From a virus (taxonomy: Duplodnaviria; Caudoviricetes), in IMG/VR virus record IMGVR_UViG_3300032226_000230, positions 1 to 27,270 of that record: DNA of 27,270 nucleotides. One strand, given 5' to 3'. The notes beneath the pieces are model-generated. The model searched no databases, was not told the origin of the DNA, and saw only the letters and a list, made by a program, of their open reading frames with translations. Of this stretch, positions 17,818-25,052 are shown in pieces; the first letter of the stretch is position 1, and each line of letters begins with the position of its first letter. The translations under genes were made by a program, and so were the position numbers.

Positions 17818-18374
17818 TGTGCATCCAATTCCTTAAATGCTTGGTCCGAACGACCAGCTGCAATTTGTCGTTCTTTGGCAGTTTCTTTGGCCTTGCGCAA
17901 GATATTTGCATCACCTGTGGGCAGTGCTACCAAAACGTACACACGGAAACGAGTTCCTTCTGCCACACGTTTGATTTCTCTTACCTCAACGCCTGTAAGG
18001 TCCACCGTTGCACAACTGGTGCGCATGGCCATTTCAGTTGTTTCTGTACTGGCACGGTCACTGTCTGTACGATAGATCTTTGTACGCTGATTCACAGTGC
18101 CACCTGCGGCCATACAAATCTTGCCGTATGCATCTGCCTTGGCTTTGATGTCAGCCATGCTCCAATCTGCACTCACAGCTGACCCTGCTTCAAATACCGC
18201 ACTGTTACTGATTGGAGGATTGCTCATCCACTTAGGTGCTTGGTCAATGGCTTTGGCCACATGACGTTCTTGACGTTCGCGAACATCGTCTGCACGGCGT
18301 TCATAAGCATCTTTGGTTGTGCCACATGCCGCTAGCAAGGCAATTACTGGAACTAGCAATAGAACTTTTTTCAT
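17814..18374 (-). CDS. Lipoprotein (LPP20-like)
   Basis: Start reassigned to MKKVLLLVPVIALLAAC (lipobox); APKWM..PP and terminal AFKELD. Confidence 0.8.
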   Translation of the reverse strand: MKKVLLLVPVIALLAACGTTKDAYERRADDVRERQERHVAKAIDQAPKWMSNPPISNSAVFEAGSAVSADWSMADIKAKADAYGKICMAAGGTVNQRTKIYRTDSDRASTETTEMAMRTSCATVDLTGVEVREIKRVAEGTRFRVYVLVALPTGDANILRKAKETAKERQIAAGRSDQAFKELDAQ

Positions 18375-18496
18375 TATTTTCCACCCATCTTGTCTTTTGT
18401 CCATTCTGCGGACGATTGAATATCCTTACCAACACCTGCTACTGTTGAGCAAGCGGCAAGGGACGTAACCAAAATAAGCAATGCCAAAGTTCTCAT
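18374..18496 (-). CDS. Entericidin EcnA/B family lipoprotein (40 aa), not in ORF track
   Basis: MRTLALLILVTSLAACSTVAGVGKDIQSSAEWTKDKMGGK: lipobox LAAC plus the entericidin C-x-T-x-x-G-x-G-K-D-I motif; SD AGGAG. Confidence 0.8.
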   Translation of the reverse strand: MRTLALLILVTSLAACSTVAGVGKDIQSSAEWTKDKMGGK

Positions 18497-18621
18497 TTTG
18501 CCAACTCCTGTGATTGTGTTTTAACTGTGTCCACGCCCTTGTCCAGCATACGAGCAACACCGCCAAAACCAACTGTAAAGAAAATACCACCTGCGATAAA
18601 AACCACAATGTATTTCAACAT
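18493..18621 (-). CDS. Small single-TM protein (42 aa), not in ORF track
   Basis: MLKYIVVFIAGGIFFTVGFGGVARMLDKGVDTVKTQSQELAK; SD AAAGG; first gene after the promoter; ATGA overlap. Confidence 0.72.
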   Translation of the reverse strand: MLKYIVVFIAGGIFFTVGFGGVARMLDKGVDTVKTQSQELAK

Positions 18622-18654
18622 ACTAAACCTTTCTGTGTGTGTTAATGTACGTTA

Positions 18655-18683
18655 ATTATATACGGATTGCGTCAAAGTGTCAA
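18655..18683 (-). promoter_or_regulatory. sigma70-like early promoter of the envelope/ClpP operon
   Basis: TTGACA-N17-TATAAT. Confidence 0.85.
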
Positions 18684-19102
18684 CGCTCAGTTTTACCAAT
18701 TGTGTCGCTATAACGACAGTTGACATTGGCTTCGCTCTTGAAGTTTCCACCCAAATCCAAAAGAAGATTCTTGCGGGCACGTTCTCGAGCATAATAGCAA
18801 ACACTTGCCATTTGTTCTAAACCAGTTTCAGTTTCTTCCAAATGATAAGTTTTGCCATTCACAGTGATGTCAAATTTCACAGTACACTCGTTTTTATGTC
18901 CAAATGCAAATTCTTCTTTTACCAAATTTTGAATTGGACCAACTTGATGTTCGGTAACCAATTTGCTGCTAGTATCCACATTGCAACCATCCGGACCCAC
19001 TGGCTTTGGTTGTTCTGTGGGTGCCGCCTCAGCAACAGGAGTCACTGCGGGGCGATCGCAGGCTGTTAGCAGTAGTGCTGACAACAACAATGCATACTTC
19101 AT
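18680..19102 (-). CDS. Lipoprotein of unknown function
   Basis: MKYALLLSALLLTAC lipobox; four further Cys. Confidence 0.8.
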   Translation of the reverse strand: MKYALLLSALLLTACDRPAVTPVAEAAPTEQPKPVGPDGCNVDTSSKLVTEHQVGPIQNLVKEEFAFGHKNECTVKFDITVNGKTYHLEETETGLEQMASVCYYARERARKNLLLDLGGNFKSEANVNCRYSDTIGKTER

Positions 19103-19132
19103 TTTGAGCTTTCTATTAGTTACAATACAAGT

Positions 19133-19161
19133 ATTATAAATGAATTACTGATACTTGTCAT
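19133..19161 (-). promoter_or_regulatory. sigma70-like promoter
   Basis: ATGACA-N17-TATAAT. Confidence 0.65.
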
Positions 19162-19585
19162 CCAATGTGACGCTCGAAAGACCAGCAATGGTTTGGAACT
19201 TTTCCCAAGCCAGTTTGGCTGTGGGATTCTTTTCCAATTCACTATTTGGCAGTACTGCTTCTAACCAAATTTCAGGACGGCGTTTTGGATGTGCGCCAAA
19301 TTTGCGTGGCTGGTGCAATAAGCCTCTTTCCCAAAGTTCAATGCTGACACTACGGAACTGGTCTTCATCCGTATAGCCAGCCCATTCTGGGTTGCTTTGA
19401 CTGAAGAAACCAGTGGCGTATCCGTTGTCAGTACCACCGCCGTAACCAATCCAAATGCCCTGCCACTGTTCAGCATCGCGCGGATCAAAATCCGTACGAG
19501 TAATGAGTACCAGTACATCGTCGATGTCTACCACACCATCCACAATGTCTCGAACACATCGACTGTAACTTAGTCCAATTTTCAT
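19145..19585 (-). CDS. Hypothetical phage protein
   Basis: 146-aa ORF (KIGLSYSRCVRDI...LHQPR), abutting the upstream gene. Confidence 0.8.
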   Translation of the reverse strand: MKIGLSYSRCVRDIVDGVVDIDDVLVLITRTDFDPRDAEQWQGIWIGYGGGTDNGYATGFFSQSNPEWAGYTDEDQFRSVSIELWERGLLHQPRKFGAHPKRRPEIWLEAVLPNSELEKNPTAKLAWEKFQTIAGLSSVTLDDKYQ

Positions 19586-19819
19586 TTATCTTCCAGTTTG
19601 TGTTTTTGTTATTTTTGGGCCTGCACTTAAAAAGTCCATGCCAGCGGCACGACCTTCATATGCTTTTCCATTCCAATTCATCAATATCTTTACCGACTTG
19701 TTTATTACCACAGTGAGATTACGACCTTCATTGAAAGCCATGATCTCACCCTCAACTTCGCGACCAGTGGCCGCTTGTTTTATAATGCACTTGTCACTGT
19801 GACGAGATATTGAGGCCAT
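19586..19819 (-). CDS. Hypothetical protein (77 aa)
   Basis: Start reassigned to MASISRHSDKC. Confidence 0.7.
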   Translation of the reverse strand: MASISRHSDKCIIKQAATGREVEGEIMAFNEGRNLTVVINKSVKILMNWNGKAYEGRAAGMDFLSAGPKITKTQTGR

Positions 19820-19973
19820 TATGCATTTCCAATTCTTCAATTCGAGCTTGCAGTTTGATAATGCCCTCTTCCAGCTTGTCAATATGATCAGCAATTTGTT
19901 GCATAAACTGAGCACTGTTTTCAGCAGTGGTTCGAATCATTTCGCTTACTTTGATTACTTTTTCTTCTGTCAT
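19794..19973 (-). CDS. Small coiled-coil protein (59 aa), not in ORF track
   Basis: MTEEKVIKVSEMIRTTAENSAQFMQQIADHIDKLEEGIIKLQARIEELEMHNGLNISSQ; starts immediately after the upstream TAG. Confidence 0.7.
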   Translation of the reverse strand: MTEEKVIKVSEMIRTTAENSAQFMQQIADHIDKLEEGIIKLQARIEELEMHNGLNISSQ

Positions 19974-20828
19974 CTAAATCTCCAATAAAATATTTGGGTT
20001 CCAGCCAGTTTGTTCGCTGTAACCATCGTTTTCGTAACCACGTGGGTTACACACAACTCTAGTCTCACCAATCACATAATCAAACGGATGATGAGTATGC
20101 CCGTGTGTCCATAACACAATCTGCGGGTGATCCAAAATGAACTCACTCAAATCACTGTGGTAGCCACCGTTCATCAAAGTTTCGTGTGCATACGTTGGAT
20201 GTATACTTTGGAAACTAGGACTGTGATGACCAACTACCACACACTTCTTGTCCTTGTGTTCCTGGACCATGAGTTTAATGTATTGTAATGTCTTGTCATG
20301 CCTGATAGCAACATCCAACGCACTCATTGTGGCATAGTTTCTCTTGTCATTACGAATGATACGGAAGTCGTTCATCATACCTTCAATGGCATGCATGGTA
20401 AGTGGGTCACGCCGGTTCATGTTGGTCCAAAGAGTTCCACCCACAAACACCACATCGTCGATAACCTTTGTGTCCTGTTCCAACATATAGATGTTGGGGT
20501 ACTTGGCACACTCGTCACGCATGTAATCGATGCCACCGTAAAACTTGCCATTGTAGAATTCGTGGTTGCCCATAATGTAAATTACATGTGGGAACTGAAA
20601 ACTGCAACGCTTGAGAAAGTCTCTGTAGGCCTGCGCTTTACGCTGTCTACGACCAAGCCCTTCCAAATTAACATTGGAGTACATACCATAATCCATCTCT
20701 GGATGGTCGTGGAGATCCTGTGCAACCATAATATCACCACCAAGTATCAAAACGTCATAGTTGTTGTCGTTTTGAATATTGATGTCACTGAACTCCAAAT
20801 GTAGATCACTAACTAGTTTGATTCTCAT
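19974..20828 (-). CDS. Calcineurin-like metallophosphoesterase
   Basis: SDLHLE, GGDI, GNHE, HHSP, HGHTH and NPRGY motifs; start reassigned to MRIKLVSDLH. Confidence 0.92.
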   Translation of the reverse strand: MRIKLVSDLHLEFSDINIQNDNNYDVLILGGDIMVAQDLHDHPEMDYGMYSNVNLEGLGRRQRKAQAYRDFLKRCSFQFPHVIYIMGNHEFYNGKFYGGIDYMRDECAKYPNIYMLEQDTKVIDDVVFVGGTLWTNMNRRDPLTMHAIEGMMNDFRIIRNDKRNYATMSALDVAIRHDKTLQYIKLMVQEHKDKKCVVVGHHSPSFQSIHPTYAHETLMNGGYHSDLSEFILDHPQIVLWTHGHTHHPFDYVIGETRVVCNPRGYENDGYSEQTGWNPNILLEI

Positions 20829-21390
20829 ATTCTGCTCGTTTCTTTTCTCTTTGTTCTTCGCAAGGCTCACAGTAGGTATGTATCCATCCGCCGCCACGGC
20901 GTTCTCCAACATTGCCACAGCCTTCGCAAGTTACACCGGTCATGCTTTCTGCCATACGTACCATGCCGTCGATAATGTCATCACCGCCCGAGTAATAAAA
21001 TCTCAGTGTACCAAACTTTTCTTTAACTTGGTCCAAAGTCACTTGAGGAATTGACTCTGGCACAGTTCTAAAATCTCCAGCAACAATTTCACCTAGTCGT
21101 TTTTCTTTATACTCGTCATTGGGCAACGCCTTCATATCTTCTTCAAACAGGTCAAAGTTACCTGCCTTGGCCTGCGTGGCCATTTCGTTATATTTGATAG
21201 CACCGTTACGCTGTTTTTCTTTCCAATCAATGTGATGTTGAATATTGCCCATAAGCTGATCCAAAATATTGAACCAACCATCACCACATTCAAATCCCCA
21301 ACACATGCAAGTTTCCTGCATGTTTTTGTTGCGGTTCACCATCATCTTTGGATACTTCTCACACAACAGTTTATCTAGTTCTTGTTTCAT
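20809..21390 (-). CDS. Hypothetical phage protein with C-terminal Zn-ribbon-like motif
   Basis: GFECGDGW, QVKEKFGTLRFY and CEGCG...C..C motifs. Confidence 0.82.
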   Translation of the reverse strand: MKQELDKLLCEKYPKMMVNRNKNMQETCMCWGFECGDGWFNILDQLMGNIQHHIDWKEKQRNGAIKYNEMATQAKAGNFDLFEEDMKALPNDEYKEKRLGEIVAGDFRTVPESIPQVTLDQVKEKFGTLRFYYSGGDDIIDGMVRMAESMTGVTCEGCGNVGERRGGGWIHTYCEPCEEQREKKRAEYENQTS

Positions 21391-22079
21391 TGTGCTGCCT
21401 TTACATAGTTAAGTCTGGTAACATCGTTTTGATGTTTCCAATGTTTTGTATGATCCTTGATCTTTGCTTTTACCACAACACATGCACCCAAATTAAGAGC
21501 TGTCTTATTGAGCCAAGACACCATCTTACTGTTTATTATAGCATCTATATTGTAGCCTTCAAAGTTTTTTGACTTAACTGACGACAAAATTTCTGCATCC
21601 AAATCTTTAAGAGTACTGCCCACATCTCCCAAGTAACCTTCTTCAACTGCTCGTGCAGCTCGTTTGACTTTGTTTTGAGCTTTGTCTCTAGCATACACAC
21701 TGGGCAAGCAGGCCACAAAGCCAAATTGATTTTGCTTAACTGTATCCCCACTGAGAATACTGTTGACATTGGTTTGAAATTCGTTCTCACCTTCGATCGC
21801 TGCAAACATCAATCGTTTGAAATAGTTTTTGATTTCTTCGGCCAATGCTGTATCTTCGGCCAGCACTCTAAGTGGCAACGGTGCTTCTTTTGGATCAGCT
21901 GTCCAAATAGCAGGATCCAATGTACACAACATGGTCATCTTATTGGTCTGCCTAGTGTACATGTAGATGCCGTCTTGTGCATAAACAGCTTCAGGCTCTT
22001 TGAGATATGCACCATAGGTTCGTTGTGCCGCACAGGCCAGCTCTAGAACCTGTTGCATGGGAAACTCTTTATTGGACAT
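21387..22079 (-). CDS. Hypothetical phage protein (possible C-terminal OB-like domain)
   Basis: 230-aa ORF with its own promoter; ends KAKIKDH...TRLNYVK. Confidence 0.8.
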   Translation of the reverse strand: MSNKEFPMQQVLELACAAQRTYGAYLKEPEAVYAQDGIYMYTRQTNKMTMLCTLDPAIWTADPKEAPLPLRVLAEDTALAEEIKNYFKRLMFAAIEGENEFQTNVNSILSGDTVKQNQFGFVACLPSVYARDKAQNKVKRAARAVEEGYLGDVGSTLKDLDAEILSSVKSKNFEGYNIDAIINSKMVSWLNKTALNLGACVVVKAKIKDHTKHWKHQNDVTRLNYVKAAQ

Positions 22080-22111
22080 TTTCGCTCTCTACATGAGTTA
22101 ATATACTTTGT

Positions 22112-22140
22112 ATTTTACGCGAAAACCCAACGTTTGTCAA
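22112..22140 (-). promoter_or_regulatory. sigma70-like early promoter
   Basis: TTGACA-N17-TAAAAT. Confidence 0.75.
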
Positions 22141-22777
22141 TCGTTTCCAAGTGATGATATATCTTTTTAGACAACTTTTTGGTAAGCGGATTCAATCCAA
22201 AGTGGCCAATGTATGCTCTAAGTTGCGGACTGGAAAATTGAGAACCTGTACGCATCTTACTCAAAACACTGATTTTGCCCATTCTGCGTTTGGCACGTTC
22301 AGCATCCATTGTGCGCAACAACTCAATGGCTATGCTGAAAGCATACGCATCCATCTCGTCATCGTCTGCTAGATACAGTTCGTAAGGTGTGTCGACGGGT
22401 TCGCCATACTGATTATGATCTCTCCGCATACTTTGATATTGATGGCGGAACTCGTGTACAGTTGCATCAAAGATTTCTGTAAGGAAAGCAGTTATTTGAT
22501 GAGGTCCAAATGGTTCGTCTCCATTTAAATTGTGGTAAACTATGACCTCGATGGCAGTGTCCATGTTGTAGTCATTCTCACTGTCGTAGTAAGCCATGAC
22601 ATACCATTTGTCTGTTTCTAAATCTTTGTCTTTTTTGGTTTTGATTGCAATATCAAAATCTCGTAATTTGAATGTGTTACGAGTACGGCCTATTAACTTT
22701 TTGAATGTGGTTTGCTCAGGACTTTGTTCTCGAACTTGCTTGCAAACATTATACACACGTTCAAGAATTATGTTCAT
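22115..22777 (-). CDS. HExxH (gluzincin-like) putative metallopeptidase, paralog B
   Basis: VHEFRHQYQ ... YLADDDEMDAYA. Confidence 0.75.
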   Translation of the reverse strand: MNIILERVYNVCKQVREQSPEQTTFKKLIGRTRNTFKLRDFDIAIKTKKDKDLETDKWYVMAYYDSENDYNMDTAIEVIVYHNLNGDEPFGPHQITAFLTEIFDATVHEFRHQYQSMRRDHNQYGEPVDTPYELYLADDDEMDAYAFSIAIELLRTMDAERAKRRMGKISVLSKMRTGSQFSSPQLRAYIGHFGLNPLTKKLSKKIYHHLETIDKRWVFA

Positions 22778-22779
22778 TG

Positions 22780-22998
22780 TTACAACCTATAAGTTACACG
22801 GCCTTTTGTGAGATCATATGGACTGACCTCCAGTCGCACATTATCCCCTAGGATAATACGAATTTTGTTTTGCTTTAATCTACCACCTAAATAACATAGT
22901 AAAGTTTTTGGCATATTTTCTACCTTGACTCTAAACATGTTTCCTGGTAATACTTCTTCCACTGATCCAACCAACTCAATGATATCGTCTTTAGCCAT
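22780..22998 (-). CDS. infA: Translation initiation factor IF-1
   Basis: MAKDDIIELVGSVEEVLPGNMFRV...IRIILGDNVRLEVSPYDLTKGRVTYR, 72 aa. Confidence 0.95.
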   Translation of the reverse strand: MAKDDIIELVGSVEEVLPGNMFRVKVENMPKTLLCYLGGRLKQNKIRIILGDNVRLEVSPYDLTKGRVTYRL

Positions 22999-23161
22999 TA
23001 GTCGCCTTTGCAATGGTCCATGAGCCATTGCCCATATCGGTCCACTCCAATGTGTCTCCTTCTTTCCAACCCTGTGTTTCCAAAAGCTCAGGTGGCAATG
23101 GCAGAACAATGTCTCCGCTACCATCGTCTGCTTCTTCGACTGTTACTGTCCAATGTGTCAT
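22991..23161 (-). CDS. AbrB/MazE/SpoVT-like swapped-hairpin protein
   Basis: GDIVLPLPPELLETQGWKEGDTLEW; start reassigned to MTHW. Confidence 0.75.
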   Translation of the reverse strand: MTHWTVTVEEADDGSGDIVLPLPPELLETQGWKEGDTLEWTDMGNGSWTIAKATNG

Positions 23162-23166
23162 AGTAT

Positions 23167-23174
23167 TATTTACC
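23167..23174 (-). promoter_or_regulatory. Late-type promoter GGTAAATA 5 nt before the ATG
   Basis: GGTAAATA-ATACT-ATG, no SD. Confidence 0.55.
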
Positions 23175-23177
23175 GTG

Positions 23178-23732
23178 TTATTCTTCATCACTGTAAGGAA
23201 TTGGTCTCCAACCTAGACGATTTAAATCCAATTCGATTTCTTCGGTTACCACACCTTCTGGCACATAGTCCCGGCCGTCCGGGTCCGGAGTGGGTTGATA
23301 ATGATCCAATCCAAAACCAGCTTCGTGATTACCGATGCCACTACAGTACCAATCAATGTAGTCGCCCTTTTCTTGCATGTCAGCAACGATACCACCAGCA
23401 TGGCGCCAACTGCACGACCAAGTTTGACCTTTTAACTCTTGCCAAAAATCTCTGCTTTGCCAATCCATGTTGCACATAGCGGCATACAGATTCTGAGCAT
23501 AGTTGTCTGACTCTTTAACTTTATCACAAAGTTCTTTGCTACTACGGAGATCGTACTCCATGTTGTGCTTTTGCCAAACAGGATCGTGGATCTTGTTGGC
23601 TTCATCAATCTTGATTTGATCCCACATGTCTATGTAGGCTTGACTGGGCTCTTCACCCTTTTCTTCTGCCCGTGCAATATAACCTTCCTTTTGAAAGGTG
23701 TGTCGATCTGGGCTACTTGCTACTCGTTTCAT
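23178..23732 (-). CDS. Hypothetical phage protein
   Basis: YAQNLYAAMCN, WSCSWRHAGGIVAD and GDYIDWYCSG motifs. Confidence 0.82.
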   Translation of the reverse strand: MKRVASSPDRHTFQKEGYIARAEEKGEEPSQAYIDMWDQIKIDEANKIHDPVWQKHNMEYDLRSSKELCDKVKESDNYAQNLYAAMCNMDWQSRDFWQELKGQTWSCSWRHAGGIVADMQEKGDYIDWYCSGIGNHEAGFGLDHYQPTPDPDGRDYVPEGVVTEEIELDLNRLGWRPIPYSDEE

Positions 23733-24061
23733 TTGTGAAAATTACCTTGGATACAGTGGCGCACTTCATGTCCGAGGGTGTGAAAGTTTGCAGTTAGTCC
23801 AGTTATAATTACGCATTTATCGGGCCCCGTGATACTACGTTCCCAATAACTGCAAGCATCAACGGAAAACCCAAATGGCTTGTTGCCACGGCGAATGCTT
23901 TCTTGCGAACATGCTTGTGTTACATTTTTGGCTTGTCGAAATTCAATCGTGACATTGTTGCTAGCATTTCTAGTCATGTCAAATTGTTGTTTTGGATCTT
24001 CATAGAACGCAAACACGTTGGTGCTTGCTAACATCAGTGTTGCAACTATTGCCTTCTTCAT
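23729..24061 (-). CDS. Small secreted HExxH protein
   Basis: Signal peptide MKKAIVATLMLASTNVFA; LGHEVRHC; start reassigned downstream of the RNA gene. Confidence 0.75.
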   Translation of the reverse strand: MKKAIVATLMLASTNVFAFYEDPKQQFDMTRNASNNVTIEFRQAKNVTQACSQESIRRGNKPFGFSVDACSYWERSITGPDKCVIITGLTANFHTLGHEVRHCIQGNFHK

Positions 24062-24089
24062 ACGTGCCTTTCTGTGCCTTATTAAAAAA

Positions 24090-24200
24090 TGGTGTGGGCG
24101 GTAGGATTCGAACCTACAAAGCCACCCTAAGGGCAAGGCCCTAGCCCTCCGTTCGCTTGCGCTACTAGGAGGAGGTATACCAAGTTCCACTCACGTCCAC
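24090..24200 (-). tRNA. Atypical tRNA / tRNA-like RNA (111 nt) with a non-canonical anticodon arm; identity undetermined
   Basis: Acceptor GTGGACG/CGCCCAC plus A-CCA; T8; D-loop GGAACTTGGTA; perfect T-arm GTAGG-TTCGAAT-CCTAC; CCTCC/GGAGG stem with a 17-nt loop; variable region of about 28 nt. Confidence 0.8.
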
Positions 24201-24206
24201 AATGTA

Positions 24207-24235
24207 ATTATAAGGCCTAGACGCCGGAAAGTCAA
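24207..24235 (-). promoter_or_regulatory. sigma70-like promoter of the tRNA-like RNA
   Basis: TTGACT-N17-TATAAT-TACATT, directly followed by G1. Confidence 0.85.
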
Positions 24236-24245
24236 ATGATTTTGG

Positions 24246-24956
24246 TTAATTGTCTAACAGTTTCCAAATAGTACCGTTATAGCCATAAAAACGGTTATCT
24301 GAACTATTGAAAATTATTGTGCCCGCTACTGCTCCCGAGGGATAAGCGCCAGCACCGGCATAGCTAGGAACAACGTTTGCTTGAACGCTCAATGTGCCAG
24401 CACCAGCATTGTAGTTGAAAGTGATGCCAGTTTGAGTTCCTGCGGCGAGTGCGGAATTTAACGCAGCTAGAGATCGGGCTGCTGTGAAATATTGATTTGT
24501 TGATGTGAAGGTCAAACTTTGACCGTTTGCTGGCGCTGGACTGTTTCCAGGAACTGCGCTAATGGTCAAAGTAACACCATCACCACTCACGTTTGTCACT
24601 GTTTGGTTAAGAAATCCAGTTCCCGAAATTACCATTCCAATTTGGATGCCAATACTGCTTGCAACTTTTAATGTTGTTCCAGAACTGCCTGCTAGCGTAT
24701 AAGTTGTGGTATAACCTTCAGGAACAAGTTGTGTTGCCAGTGACAACGCTGCTTGGTTGAAACCGATAGTTTTGGTTAAACTGTTGTATGAAAGACCAGC
24801 TCCAAGTGAGCCTGCCATCACATGTACACCACCGTTGGTTGTTCCATCACCAATAAACAATTTCTTTTCATCGGTCCATACTAACTCACCGTTATCCAAT
24901 GGAACCGACATTGCTGCTCTTTGAACTTCCGTTCCGCGTCTAATTTGTAGCGACAT
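24246..24956 (-). CDS. Virion fibre/appendage protein (Mtd-N/hyaluronidase-like N-terminus)
   Basis: LQIRRGT...GELVW....KLFIGDG; G/T/S-rich body; C-terminal IIFNS....FYGYNGTIW; late promoter. Confidence 0.75.
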   Translation of the reverse strand: MSLQIRRGTEVQRAAMSVPLDNGELVWTDEKKLFIGDGTTNGGVHVMAGSLGAGLSYNSLTKTIGFNQAALSLATQLVPEGYTTTYTLAGSSGTTLKVASSIGIQIGMVISGTGFLNQTVTNVSGDGVTLTISAVPGNSPAPANGQSLTFTSTNQYFTAARSLAALNSALAAGTQTGITFNYNAGAGTLSVQANVVPSYAGAGAYPSGAVAGTIIFNSSDNRFYGYNGTIWKLLDN

Positions 24957-24981
24957 GTGCTATCTCCGTTATTCTATAGTG

Positions 24982-24989
24982 TATTTATT
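24982..24989 (-). promoter_or_regulatory. Late-type promoter AATAAATA
   Basis: Located between the terminator and the SD GGAG of the fibre gene. Confidence 0.65.
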
Positions 24990-25011
24990 CGAATGATCAG
25001 AAGCTCAAGTC

Positions 25012-25040
25012 AAAAAAATAGGGCCCGAAGGCCCTATTTT
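25012..25040 (-). terminator. Rho-independent terminator with cUUCGg tetraloop
   Basis: AAAATAGGGCC-TTCG-GGCCCTATTTTTTT. Confidence 0.92.
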
Positions 25041-25052
25041 GTACTGCTATTA

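Noticed and set aside
24062-24190. N-terminal extension of ORF 23729..24190
   Set aside because: It overlaps the tRNA-like gene; the signal peptide starts at ATG 24061.
24090-24200. tmRNA, tRNA-Sec or amber-suppressor call for the tRNA-like RNA
   Set aside because: It has no G3-U70 pair or tag ORF, its acceptor stem is 7 bp, and there is no canonical 7-nt loop presenting UCA or CUA.
24246-24956. Mtd-like N-terminus suggesting a diversity-generating retroelement
   Set aside because: No reverse transcriptase and no TR/VR repeat pair are visible in the window.
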